DNA of 64,000 nt. Origin: Bacteroidota bacterium (GTDB taxonomy: Bacteria; Bacteroidota; Ignavibacteria; UBA10030; BY39). The notes beneath the pieces were generated by a model. It did not search any database. It was not told the origin of the DNA and saw only the letters and a list, made by a program, of their open reading frames with translations. The stretch covers positions 25,482 through 89,481 of the forward strand of contig JASEGV010000002.1 in NCBI GenBank assembly GCA_030017895.1, written 5' to 3'. This document shows positions 19,168 to 28,642 of the stretch, one piece after another. The stretch's first letter is position 1. Each line of letters begins with the position of its first letter. A program made the position numbers and the translations under genes.

Positions 19168-19903
19168 AATCACACACAACTTAATTGTTGGCAGGAATCC
19201 GGTCATCGAAGCACTTCGTGCTGCTACTCCCATTGTAAAAATTTTCCTTCTACACGGTATCAGAGGCGGAAACATCGAAACAATTTATAAACTTGCACGG
19301 GAGAGAAAAATTCCCTGCATCGAAATCAATCGCAATAAATTTGAGGAATTAACCTCAGGTGATGTTAATCAAGGTGTTGCTGCAATAATCGAAGAGAAAA
19401 AGTTTGTTGACGTAGATGACATACTTGAAATTGCATTAGCGAAAAATGAACTTCCGTTCATTTTGATTTTAGATGAAATTCAGGATCCGCAAAATTTAGG
19501 AGCCATAATCCGGACAGCCGAGTGTGCCGGTGTGCACGGGGTAATTATTCCGAAACACAACGCAGCTCCTGTAACATCGTCAGTTACGAAAGCCTCAGCC
19601 GGTGCAGTCGAATACGTTGCAATGGCGCGCGTTACAAACATCGCACAAACAATTGATGAGTTAAAAGAAAATGGAGTATGGATTGTAGGAACCGACAGTA
19701 GCGCCGATAAAAAATATACTGAGCTTGATTACAAAATTCCGTTGGCATTGGTAGTAGGCAGCGAAGGGCGGGGAATGCGGCGACTTGTAAAAGAGAAGTG
19801 CGACTTTTTAGTAAAGATACCGCTCTTCGGTAAAATCGAATCGCTGAATGCTTCAGTTGCCGCAGCACTTTTAGTGTATGAAGTTGTGAGAAAAAGAAAA
19901 TGA
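19151..19903 (+). CDS. rlmB: 23S rRNA (guanosine-2'-O-)-methyltransferase, SpoU/TrmH family (RlmB-like)
   Basis: 250 aa. N-terminal L30e-like substrate-binding domain plus SpoU motifs (LILDEIQDPQNLGAIIRTAE, VVGSEGRGM, ESLNASVAAAL). Confidence 0.8.
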   Translation: MREKSKITHNLIVGRNPVIEALRAATPIVKIFLLHGIRGGNIETIYKLARERKIPCIEINRNKFEELTSGDVNQGVAAIIEEKKFVDVDDILEIALAKNELPFILILDEIQDPQNLGAIIRTAECAGVHGVIIPKHNAAPVTSSVTKASAGAVEYVAMARVTNIAQTIDELKENGVWIVGTDSSADKKYTELDYKIPLALVVGSEGRGMRRLVKEKCDFLVKIPLFGKIESLNASVAAALLVYEVVRKRK

Positions 19904-20673
19904 ATCGAAAAACAACATTAATTACAGGCGCCTCGGGCGGCATTGGTTTAGAATTTGCTAGATTATTTGCAGGTGATGGTTATGATTTAGTTTTAGTTGC
20001 CCGCAGAATAAATGAACTTGAGAAATTAAAAACTGAATTGGAAAAGGGAAGTAAAGTTTCAGTCAGAGTAATCCAAAAAGATTTAGCGAAACCAACATCC
20101 GCTGAAGAATTATTTAACGAGCTTGAACAAACACAGATAGATGTTTTAGTCAACAACGTAGGATTCGGATCTGTTGGAAATTTTCAAGAAACAGATTGGG
20201 ATGTTCATAACAGTATGATGAATGTTAATATCATCGTACTTGTTCACTTAACCAGACTTTTTCTATCAGGTATGGTTAAACGGGGGAGTGGTAAAATTTT
20301 AAACGTAGCTTCGACAGCGGCATTTCAACCAGGTCCGTTTATGGCGGTTTATTATGCTACAAAATCTTTTGTAGTATCGTTTTCGCAAGCAATCGCAACT
20401 GAACTTGAAGGAAGCGGAGTTACGGTAACTTGTTTGTGCCCCGGACCGACTGTATCAGGTTTCCAAAATACTGCAGGAATGAAAAAATCAAAAATTATGA
20501 AGTTACTAAAATTTTCCAGTTCTCATGATGCAGCTCTTTATGGATACCACGCGATGAATAAAGGGAAAAGGTTAGCTATTCAAGGATTGATGAACAGAAT
20601 TTTTGTTTGCTTAGTAAAATTTATACCGGCAGGATTTGTTTTAAAATTGATTCGATACTTACATAAAAAATAG
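19900..20673 (+). CDS. Short-chain dehydrogenase/reductase (SDR) family oxidoreductase
   Basis: 257 aa. TGASGGIG cofactor motif, NNVG, and the YxxxK catalytic motif (YYATK). Confidence 0.85.
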   Translation: MNRKTTLITGASGGIGLEFARLFAGDGYDLVLVARRINELEKLKTELEKGSKVSVRVIQKDLAKPTSAEELFNELEQTQIDVLVNNVGFGSVGNFQETDWDVHNSMMNVNIIVLVHLTRLFLSGMVKRGSGKILNVASTAAFQPGPFMAVYYATKSFVVSFSQAIATELEGSGVTVTCLCPGPTVSGFQNTAGMKKSKIMKLLKFSSSHDAALYGYHAMNKGKRLAIQGLMNRIFVCLVKFIPAGFVLKLIRYLHKK

Positions 20674-20877
20674 ATCTGTTTTTGGTTTCGGATTGCGCTT
20701 TTCCTGTCTTCTGCAAGCCTCTTTCAACAAAAAATTAAATCATTGTAAAATAAGAACCGAAATAAAAGTATCAGCGTTCAAATTATCTCTGTAGTAAAAA
20801 CGTTCGGCACTGGAAAAACAGAACAGGAAATAGAAACAATATCAGAAAAATGGGTGCTGCATTGCGGAAAACAGATA

Positions 20878-20946
20878 GTTGCTGAGCTTGTCGAAGCAAC
20901 CGTTTTCTAAACTCACCGGTAATGGCGTTTCGACAAGCTCAACGCC
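20878..20946. other. Paired hairpins with mutually complementary 11-nt loops. A structured RNA or terminator element in a convergent intergenic region.
   Basis: Hairpin 1 is GTTGCT[GAGCTTGTCGA]AGCAAC at 20878-20900. Hairpin 2 is GGCGTT[TCGACAAGCTC]AACGCC at 20924-20946. The two loops are exact reverse complements. Confidence 0.4.
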
Positions 20947-21016
20947 CGTATTGGTCTCTGAACTCTTTTTCTTTCTAAAGCAGCACATTTTTTTATTTAC
21001 TCAACTACTCCATTGC

Positions 21017-24000
21017 TTACTTAAGCAGACTCAATTTTTTTACAGAATTAAACGAACCGGCAGTAAGTTTGTAGAAATAAACTCCGCTCGCTAAATGAGA
21101 TGCATTGAAATTAACAGTGTAGTTTCCGGCTTTCATTTCTTCGTTAACTAATGTAGCTACTTCTTGTCCCAATATATTGTAAACTCTAAGAGTAACTAAA
21201 TTTGCTATAGGCAAACTGAATGCAATTGTAGTTGTTGGGTTGAACGGGTTCGGATAGTTTTGACTTAGGTTGAAGTCATCGGGAATTCCGTTACCATTTT
21301 CGTTCACGCTTACACGGACAGGGTCAGTTCCGCCGGCTTCTGTATATCGGGCAGCAAATTCCTGTATGTAAAGATTACCAACTCTGTTATCTTTTATAAT
21401 TAATGTGTTTTCATCGTTCCTTGTTTCAGCGGCACTCGACCAGTTATGCGAGCCGGTTACAACCCATGCAGTTCCTCCATAAGGTTCTGCATCAACGATT
21501 GCGTACTTATGATGTAAAAATCCGGTGCCAACTTTTAACAAAATATCTACACCACTCGATTGCATGTATGGAAATTGTGTCCCGCTATCAGTGTTATTAT
21601 CTAAAATAACACGTGTCTTTTTTCCAGCACTTTTCTTTACTACTATTGAATCGGCTAACTCTTTTCTTGTGAAAGTTAGCATAGCAATATTAATGGAACT
21701 TTGAGTTTTTCCTAAAGCTTTGCCGATATAGGTTGTTGTTCTGTCGCTTGGACTGAAAAACGACTCAATATATTTACCGCCAATAATAAATTTATGCGGT
21801 GTGTTGTTTAGCTTTCTTGCGCCGAATCTAGAAATTCCGGAGTTTGGAGTTTCGGTGTTGGCTCCCCACATTTCTTCGAACTCGCGTGTGTATGCGCCCG
21901 CAAGAGCCACATCCTGGATCTCAATCACATTTTGTCTGTCGGCATCGGTTCCGGGGTCTGTAGCATTCCAAGAACCGGTCCATACCCAAACGCTTTCCGG
22001 CGCGCCGCCGCGATAGTCAAACACAAAAAACTTATTATGATGTAAGCCCGTGCCGTCATTAAGTCCGTAAGCATCGTAGATAACCGTGATTCCATTATTT
22101 GTGAGTGTTGACCAAGGCAAAGTGGTTCTGTTATCGTACTCACCTATTACTCGAACTTTAACTCCACGATTTTTTGCTGCCACCAATGCGCTTGCCACAT
22201 TAGCGCCAACCGTACCGCTTAAACTATAAAGAGCAGCATCAATCGATCTTCGCGAATTGTTTATCCGCTCAATAACTTTTGATGATAAATTTATATTAGC
22301 TAAAGCCGCTTCACCAATCGATAATGTTGTGTTCACACTCTTGCTAAAATAAACATTAATTTTTCCGGTTGTCGGAGATTTTGATGTTGTACTCACTATT
22401 AAATTACCTGCGAAACTTGTATCGTTTCCTGAAACGGAAAAAGCTTGAACGTTATAAATTGTTGCTGCTGTTAAGCCGGTTAATGCTACTGAATGAGATA
22501 TCCTCAAATCATTATCAATTTCGATTACACCTAATTCGTAGTTTGTATTAACTCCATAACGAACACGCGATGTACCGGGAAAAAGTGTTTTCCAGCCAAC
22601 CGTTACCGAAGATGAATCAAGGTAAGTTTCTTCAGGATATTCTGTGAATAAAGGTCCCGATGATATAATGTCTTGAGTAAAGCGAGGCATAACTTGATAA
22701 CCACCGATGTAAGGTGTTGTTGTCTTGTATTGCCCCACGACACCGATTAGGTCGAATGTACCCGCAGGAGCTACTCCGCCGACTAAGTTTGTGTTATTAT
22801 CGATACGCAGTTGAACCGTATCGCTTGTTGAAGCGCCAATCAGGCGGTAGTTCGTATTTGCAGCCCAGTTTGTTACAGGGGTTCCACTTAGGGTGGTAAC
22901 AGTAACACCGATGATGTGTACGAGTTTGCCCTCATAAATTTCAACTCCTCCAACACCATTAAAATTAATCTGTGTTGGTGTTGATATTACGGGATCAACA
23001 AAATTGCCTGTGCTGATAACTGAATACTGTTCGGGCAATTCGATCTGGTTCAATCCACCGAATTGTGTTACTTTTCCAGTTACCTGAATTTCATCACCAA
23101 TATTAACGGCTGCTGAAAATATAGTTCCGTATATCGACATACCGGCGGAATTATCCTGTATAAAACTTGGACTGCCGAATTCGTTCGCGACGGTTATAAT
23201 TCCACGAACAGTTACCAGATCACCGATTCTCGTTGAAGCTCCGTTAGCATCGTTTACTTTTACTTCCGAGATCGGAATTGCTGCACCATAGACAGTAATA
23301 ACCGGGATCGGTGCGACGTCTCCGTAAGTTCCGCTTGCACCCGATTGTGTTTTAAATTTATAATAACCTGTAAAGGTTGCTGATGTAATAGGTGAGATTG
23401 TAATTTCTGTTGAATCTGCACTGAACGATATACCTGTAAAATAAATTGTATCGCCAATTACGCTTGCAGTTGCAATTATGTTTGTGTAACTAACGTCGCT
23501 AATATTCTTTGACCATGAAAATTCGGGTGGGACGATTATTCTTAAATTATTAACAGCAAATGCAGGGTCTTTACGGTATGTAATTTTGATGGTTGTATCG
23601 ACACTGCCATCTAAAAGAGATGGAGTAATTGATACTGAACCTGAACCTTCCGGACGTGCACGTAGTAAAGATATCCAAGCAGAATTTTCTGTTGTATTAC
23701 CGGTTCCACGCGTGATAGTAAGAGTGTTTTGTGACCAGTTTGCTACATCGATTAATTGGCTTACACTATTTCCCTTGAAAGCAGTTGCCGTGTTCGAAGT
23801 TAAAGCAGCCGAAAAATGAACTTTTGGTGCAGGTATGCTGGCTGCATTGGCAGGTCCCCATGAAACACCAAAGATATGTGTTTGTGATGTATTACGGATT
23901 TGAACAGCATCGCTAGTTCCAGCAATTGAAAACACATTGCCAGTAAAGTAAGTAGAATTGTTTGATTTTATTGTAAGTGAATAATCACTCGGATCAAAAT

Positions 24001-24286
24001 CTTCGGGGAAAGTGTTTTCGGGACGAGCAATGATAATAACAGTACCTGATTTGAGATTGTTCCATAGGGCATTTGTTGTAAAGACTAATGGAGCTAATGC
24101 ACCGCCTGTACTCGAAAAATCCCTAATATCCCAGCTCCTTATATCTAACCCATCTTGAACCACGAGCAACTCAACCCATTCATCGTTGCCGCTTGAATTA
24201 TAAAGTTCATTGATAATAATAGATTGTGAAAATATTGAGGAGGTCGCAAAAATCATTACAAATACAAACAAAACAAATTTTTTCAT
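21017..24286 (-). CDS. T9SS-secreted PLD-superfamily phosphodiesterase (two HKD motifs) with an N-terminal lamin-tail domain. Probable extracellular nuclease.
   Basis: 1089 aa. Has a signal peptide. The lamin-tail signature is IIINELYNSSGNDEWVELLV. The HKD motifs are HHNKFFVFD...GSWN and HHKYAIVD...GSHN. The C-terminal Por sorting domain is NYPNPFNPTTTIAF...SGVYFYKL. Confidence 0.8.
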   Translation of the reverse strand: MKKFVLFVFVMIFATSSIFSQSIIINELYNSSGNDEWVELLVVQDGLDIRSWDIRDFSSTGGALAPLVFTTNALWNNLKSGTVIIIARPENTFPEDFDPSDYSLTIKSNNSTYFTGNVFSIAGTSDAVQIRNTSQTHIFGVSWGPANAASIPAPKVHFSAALTSNTATAFKGNSVSQLIDVANWSQNTLTITRGTGNTTENSAWISLLRARPEGSGSVSITPSLLDGSVDTTIKITYRKDPAFAVNNLRIIVPPEFSWSKNISDVSYTNIIATASVIGDTIYFTGISFSADSTEITISPITSATFTGYYKFKTQSGASGTYGDVAPIPVITVYGAAIPISEVKVNDANGASTRIGDLVTVRGIITVANEFGSPSFIQDNSAGMSIYGTIFSAAVNIGDEIQVTGKVTQFGGLNQIELPEQYSVISTGNFVDPVISTPTQINFNGVGGVEIYEGKLVHIIGVTVTTLSGTPVTNWAANTNYRLIGASTSDTVQLRIDNNTNLVGGVAPAGTFDLIGVVGQYKTTTPYIGGYQVMPRFTQDIISSGPLFTEYPEETYLDSSSVTVGWKTLFPGTSRVRYGVNTNYELGVIEIDNDLRISHSVALTGLTAATIYNVQAFSVSGNDTSFAGNLIVSTTSKSPTTGKINVYFSKSVNTTLSIGEAALANINLSSKVIERINNSRRSIDAALYSLSGTVGANVASALVAAKNRGVKVRVIGEYDNRTTLPWSTLTNNGITVIYDAYGLNDGTGLHHNKFFVFDYRGGAPESVWVWTGSWNATDPGTDADRQNVIEIQDVALAGAYTREFEEMWGANTETPNSGISRFGARKLNNTPHKFIIGGKYIESFFSPSDRTTTYIGKALGKTQSSINIAMLTFTRKELADSIVVKKSAGKKTRVILDNNTDSGTQFPYMQSSGVDILLKVGTGFLHHKYAIVDAEPYGGTAWVVTGSHNWSSAAETRNDENTLIIKDNRVGNLYIQEFAARYTEAGGTDPVRVSVNENGNGIPDDFNLSQNYPNPFNPTTTIAFSLPIANLVTLRVYNILGQEVATLVNEEMKAGNYTVNFNASHLASGVYFYKLTAGSFNSVKKLSLLK

Positions 24287-24315
24287 AAAACTTTCCTGTT
24301 TAAATTATAAAAAAC

Positions 24316-24340
24316 AAGAGGCAAATAGCCTCTTCTTGAT
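24316..24340 (-). terminator. Rho-independent terminator-like hairpin (minus-strand sense), downstream of the repressor gene and 30 nt upstream of the nuclease start codon
   Basis: Minus-strand sense AAGAGGC-TATTT-GCCTCTT followed by GTTTTTT. Confidence 0.5.
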
Positions 24341-24512
24341 TAAAAACTGTATAAGACTGTGTAAATCTAATTAAATTTAGTGAGAAAACAAAAGGAGTAA
24401 ATCGATCGAATCCTAAATCCCCGTCTGCCGGCGGGTAGTCTGGCGAGCAGGTAAAAATAAAAAACTTGTGGTGAGCCCTTCGACAAGCACATGACAGCGC
24501 GTAGTCGAAACA

Positions 24513-25166
24513 TTATAAATTCTTTATAACCTTCACAACTCTCCATATAAATCCAACGTCACGTTTTCGAACCGAGACCGGTTCAAAATCAGGATTTAGT
24601 GGAATTAAGTGAATATGTGTGCTGTCGATTTTTACTTTCTTCAAAACATCCTCATCGTTCACACGCACTACACAGATATCGCCGTTGCGAACTTCCTGCT
24701 TCGGACTCACGACGACAATATCACTGTCCTCAATTTTTGGCGACATACTTGCTCCCTTTACAACGAGTGCGAAAGCATTCGGGTCGTTTATATTATCAAT
24801 CGTTACATAACGGTCAACATAATCGGGATGAAAAATAGGAGTAGTTCTCCCCGCAGGAACCGATGAGTACAATGGAATATCCACTAAAGGAATATCTCGT
24901 AAATATGTTGTTTTGTGTAATGGAAAAATTTTTGTCCTGTCGGGCGGCGAATGATACATCTCGCCTTCACCTGTTAGCAGCCATTCAGGTCGCACACCCG
25001 TAAATTTTGCAAGTCGCATCAGATAATTACTGTCGGGGACTTGCTCGCCTTTTTCCCAGCGCTGGAGTGTTCGTGTTGCCACATCAACTTTTTCAGCTAA
25101 TGTGTGTTGGTCGAGTTCTTTGTTCAACCGTGATTCGTTTATACGGTTGCCGATTTTTGATCTCAT
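24513..25166 (-). CDS. XRE-family HTH repressor fused to an S24 (LexA/CI-type) self-cleaving peptidase domain
   Basis: The XRE HTH is LAEKVDVATRTLQRWEKGE. The S24 domain has the catalytic Ser in GASMSP and Lys in VLKKVK. I moved the start to the ATG at 25166 (MRSKIGN...), which is 24 codons inside the ORF-track start. Confidence 0.8.
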   Translation of the reverse strand: MRSKIGNRINESRLNKELDQHTLAEKVDVATRTLQRWEKGEQVPDSNYLMRLAKFTGVRPEWLLTGEGEMYHSPPDRTKIFPLHKTTYLRDIPLVDIPLYSSVPAGRTTPIFHPDYVDRYVTIDNINDPNAFALVVKGASMSPKIEDSDIVVVSPKQEVRNGDICVVRVNDEDVLKKVKIDSTHIHLIPLNPDFEPVSVRKRDVGFIWRVVKVIKNL

Positions 25167-25188
25167 ATTAACCTCTTGTTTATTTGAT

Positions 25189-25202
25189 AGACATATATGT
25201 CT
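25189..25202. promoter_or_regulatory. Perfect 14-bp palindrome AGACATATATGTCT, a candidate operator of the XRE-S24 repressor
   Basis: Found directly in the sequence, 23 nt upstream of the repressor start codon and within the divergent promoter region. It is the only copy in the window. Confidence 0.45.
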
Positions 25203-25333
25203 TTGTATATTATTATCAGCGTCATATTTGTCGCACACTAAAATAAGGAATTATTTTTGAGAAGTCAAGTTTTGATATTTTTAAATGTTTTTGTAGGTTG
25301 AGTTGTAAAATTTATAACATCAAACAAATATAG

Positions 25334-25987
25334 ATGCGCATTTTAGCATTCACTGACATACACGGTTCGTATAACCGGGTTTTAGAGATCATTAAATCAG
25401 AAAAACCCGATATGGTAATTATTGGCGGCGATTTAACAAACTTAGGCAGAGTCCAAGAAGTTGAATCGGTTATACGGCAATTTCAAACTTTAACCCCCAA
25501 TTTGTTTTGTATTGCAGGCAATATGGACTTACCCCAGCATGATGATTTGTTTGATAAACTGAACGTTTCAATCAACGGTAAAGGCATTATTATGAATGAA
25601 GTTGGGATATTTGGTGTATCGGCGGTGCCGACTTCACCACTTCGAACACCTTATGAAATTGATGAAGAAGCAATCTCAGAAAAAATTGCCGAAGGATATA
25701 AAGATGTATTGAATGCAAAAACTAAAATTCTGGTTTCACACGCACCACCTTATGGGACGAAAGTAGATATTGTTCATTCGGGGTATCATGTTGGCAGTTC
25801 GGCTGTTCGGGATTTTATTGAGGCTGAAAAAGTAGATGTAGTAATTTGCGGGCACATACACGAAGGTCGGGGGCAGGATACTTTGGGGAAAACAAAAATA
25901 ATTAATTGCGGGCAAGCAAGCCGCGGTTATTACGCTGTTATACAAATAAGTGAAAAAATAGAAGTTACAAATTCTGAGTACAAATAA
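25334..25987 (+). CDS. Calcineurin-like metallophosphoesterase
   Basis: 217 aa. DIHG ... GGDLTN ... GNMD ... GHIHE motif series. Confidence 0.75.
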   Translation: MRILAFTDIHGSYNRVLEIIKSEKPDMVIIGGDLTNLGRVQEVESVIRQFQTLTPNLFCIAGNMDLPQHDDLFDKLNVSINGKGIIMNEVGIFGVSAVPTSPLRTPYEIDEEAISEKIAEGYKDVLNAKTKILVSHAPPYGTKVDIVHSGYHVGSSAVRDFIEAEKVDVVICGHIHEGRGQDTLGKTKIINCGQASRGYYAVIQISEKIEVTNSEYK

Positions 25988-26607
25988 TGAGTATGAGTAA
26001 TATAAAAGCAATAGTTTTTGATTTAGGAAATGTATTAGTAAAAATCGATTATAAACCTTTGCTTGTTCATACAGGACTTAACGGTAAATTCAGTGAAGAG
26101 GAGGTTTACAATTTATTAGAAAACCCTGCGATTGCATACGAAAGTGGAAAATTAAGTTCGCACGAGTTTTACAACGAAACTATGAGGATGCTTCAAATTA
26201 ATATTGATTATGAGAAGTTTGTTCATGCTTGGTGCAGTGTTGCGACCGTGATGGTTGAAAATATCGAGGAAGTAGTTATTGAACTTGCACGACAATATCC
26301 GTTATATTTATTGAGCAATACTAACGAACTCCATCTGCATCATATTAAAAAGAACTATCCAATTTTAGAAAATTTTCAAAGATTATTTTTATCGTATAAA
26401 ATCGGTGTAATGAAACCGGATGAAGAAATATTTCAATTCATGCTCAATGAATTGGAAATTGAGCCGGAAGATATTTTTTTTATTGATGATAAAATCACAA
26501 ACGTTGAGAGTGCATTCTTACTTGGGATTGATGCTGTTCATTTTCAATCAACAAACGAGTTAAGAAAAGTATTAACCCAAAAATACATATTATCAGCAAA
26601 AAAGTAA
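25987..26607 (+). CDS. HAD-superfamily hydrolase (subfamily IA)
   Basis: 206 aa. N-terminal VFDLGNVL (DxG variant), SNTN, and the C-terminal FIDDK motif. Confidence 0.7.
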   Translation: MSMSNIKAIVFDLGNVLVKIDYKPLLVHTGLNGKFSEEEVYNLLENPAIAYESGKLSSHEFYNETMRMLQINIDYEKFVHAWCSVATVMVENIEEVVIELARQYPLYLLSNTNELHLHHIKKNYPILENFQRLFLSYKIGVMKPDEEIFQFMLNELEIEPEDIFFIDDKITNVESAFLLGIDAVHFQSTNELRKVLTQKYILSAKK

Positions 26608-26732
26608 AAAAAACCTTCACCTACAGTTTGTTATCCAACCCTCGAAATTAGCTTATAAAAGCCAATTTTCTAAAATACTACGACTTTAAAAAACTACCCA
26701 CAAAAATTATTATTAAAAATTTGTTTTTTTGC

Positions 26733-26810
26733 TTGACTTTCAAGGAAAATCGTTTAAATTACCATATAAATTATACAAGAGTGGGTAAAAGTGTGTAGGA
26801 AAATTACCCC
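26733..26810 (+). promoter_or_regulatory. Putative sigma-70-like promoter (TTGACT-N16-TAAATT) followed by direct repeats GTGGG-N5-GTGTG that resemble MraZ boxes, upstream of mraZ
   Basis: TTGACT at 26733-26738 and TAAATT at 26755-26760. The GTGGGtaaaaGTGTG repeats at 26781-26795 have 10-bp periodicity, like the E. coli MraZ TGGGN repeats. Confidence 0.3.
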
Positions 26811-26831
26811 CTTTCAATAATTATAAAATTT

Positions 26832-27281
26832 ATGGCTTCATTTAAAGGAACATACAAATATAGTGTCGACAGCAAAGGTCGCCTGAATATTCCGTCGAAA
26901 TTGCGAAAGCAACTTACCGACGATATCAAGGATCATTTTGTTGTGATGCGCGGATTCGATAAATGCTTGTTCGTTTATCCGATTAACGTTTGGGCAGATG
27001 TTGAAGCGGAATTTATTAAGCTGTCGGCTTATAATTCTGAACATCGCCAATTAGAGCGGACGATATACGCTAATCTTTCAGAAGTGGAATTAGATTCGCA
27101 AGCCCGGATAAGTATCCCACCCGATTTACGCGAATATGCTCAGATCGATAGCGATGCGTTAATAATCGGAATTCGGAATAGAATAGAAATTTGGAATCCA
27201 AAAATTTACGAAGAATATATTAGCAGTCAAGTTGATTCTTACGAAACTGTCGCTCAAAAGGTAATGAACAATCTTGGTTGA
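26832..27281 (+). CDS. mraZ: Transcriptional regulator MraZ
   Basis: 149 aa. Begins with the canonical MASFKGTYKYSVDSKGRLNIP, and the SpoVT/AbrB-like repeat is duplicated. Confidence 0.9.
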   Translation: MASFKGTYKYSVDSKGRLNIPSKLRKQLTDDIKDHFVVMRGFDKCLFVYPINVWADVEAEFIKLSAYNSEHRQLERTIYANLSEVELDSQARISIPPDLREYAQIDSDALIIGIRNRIEIWNPKIYEEYISSQVDSYETVAQKVMNNLG

Positions 27282-27300
27282 TGTTCCTTGATAATATGCA

Positions 27301-28227
27301 ATGAGCTATGAATATCACACGCCGGTTTTAGTCGAAAAAGTTCTTGAGTACCTTATTACTAAACCTGACGGTGTTTATGTCGATGCAACTTTAGGAGGTG
27401 GTGGTCATTCGGAAAAAATTTTAGAACGACTCATACCCACAGGAGTTTTAATTGGAATTGATGCCGATAAAGATGCTCTTGAATTTTCAAAAGTGCGTTT
27501 TGGAGAAAGAGTGTTATTAATACAAAGCAATTTTTCGCATCTCTCCCAAATTCTTTCCGAACATAACTTACCTAAAGTGGATGGTTTTCTTTTTGATTTA
27601 GGAATTTCATCCCGTCAAATCGACTCAGCCCAAAAGGGATTTAGTTTTAGCTGCGATGCTAAACTTGATATGCGTTTCGACTCGAGGCAAGAGTTGGATG
27701 CACATTACATCGTTAATTCGTATTCCGAAGAAGAACTCAGCCGGATATTCTGGCAGTTCGGCGAAGAAAAATTTTCGCGCCGGATTGCAAAAAAAATTGT
27801 TGATTCAAGAACACGTAAATCAATTGAAACTACTTTAGAATTAGCTGAAATTGTAAAATCTGTTGTAAGCGGAAAATTCTTGAATAAATCGTTAGCAAGA
27901 ATTTTTCAAGCTATAAGAATTGAAGTAAACCGAGAATTAGAATCTTTACAGTCGGCTTTAAAAAGTTCATTGATGCACCTGAATCCGGCAGGCAGATTAA
28001 TTGTTATCTCGTATCACTCGCTAGAAGACAGGATTGTAAAGTCGTTCTTCAAGGAGTTTTCAACTCCGACTAGAGATATTACATGGAAATTGACCGGCAT
28101 AGAAACAACGAAGCCGTTAATACGAGTTCTAACAAAGAAACCAATTCTACCTGAAGAACCGGAGATCGTGCAAAATCCAAGGTCTCGCAGTGCAAAACTG
28201 AGGGTAGCTGAGCTTCTAAATGATTAA
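27301..28227 (+). CDS. rsmH: 16S rRNA (cytosine1402-N4)-methyltransferase
   Basis: 308 aa. YHTPVLVEKVLEYL...DATLGGGGHS...FDLGISS are MraW/RsmH signatures. Confidence 0.9.
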   Translation: MSYEYHTPVLVEKVLEYLITKPDGVYVDATLGGGGHSEKILERLIPTGVLIGIDADKDALEFSKVRFGERVLLIQSNFSHLSQILSEHNLPKVDGFLFDLGISSRQIDSAQKGFSFSCDAKLDMRFDSRQELDAHYIVNSYSEEELSRIFWQFGEEKFSRRIAKKIVDSRTRKSIETTLELAEIVKSVVSGKFLNKSLARIFQAIRIEVNRELESLQSALKSSLMHLNPAGRLIVISYHSLEDRIVKSFFKEFSTPTRDITWKLTGIETTKPLIRVLTKKPILPEEPEIVQNPRSRSAKLRVAELLND

Positions 28228-28642
28228 GAATATGTCTCCAAGAAACGAAGATAAATTAAATAATATGACTCCTGATCCACGTTTCGTTTATAATGGATCA
28301 AAAAAAACAGAAGGATTTTTGCCTTCGGAAGTTATGTTGCGAAAAAACAAGTCTGTATCAAATCAAAGACCATCGCTCATAAAAATGGGGCTTATTATTA
28401 TTTTTTGTACTTCTCTCGGTTTGCTTGTAATAAATAATATTTTAACAATAAATTCATTAGTGAAAGAAATCGATTCTTTATCAAAAAAATATAAAACAAT
28501 AAAAAGCACAAACGAATTCTTAATTGCTGAGATTAATAAAAAATCAACATACGAAAGGATTGTTCCCTTAGCTCAACGGGAATTGGGGATGTTCATCCAA
28601 AAAACTCCCTCCGAATGGTTTGAACTTTCCAATAATAAATGA
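28220..28642 (+). CDS. ftsL: Cell division protein FtsL-like
   Basis: 140 aa bitopic protein with a TM helix followed by a coiled coil. It sits between rsmH and ftsI. Confidence 0.6.
   Translation: MIKNMSPRNEDKLNNMTPDPRFVYNGSKKTEGFLPSEVMLRKNKSVSNQRPSLIKMGLIIIFCTSLGLLVINNILTINSLVKEIDSLSKKYKTIKSTNEFLIAEINKKSTYERIVPLAQRELGMFIQKTPSEWFELSNNK

Noticed and set aside
24599-24866. Three overlapping plus-strand ORFs of 63-85 aa
   Set aside because: They are antisense to the XRE-S24 repressor gene and are artefacts of the ORF caller.
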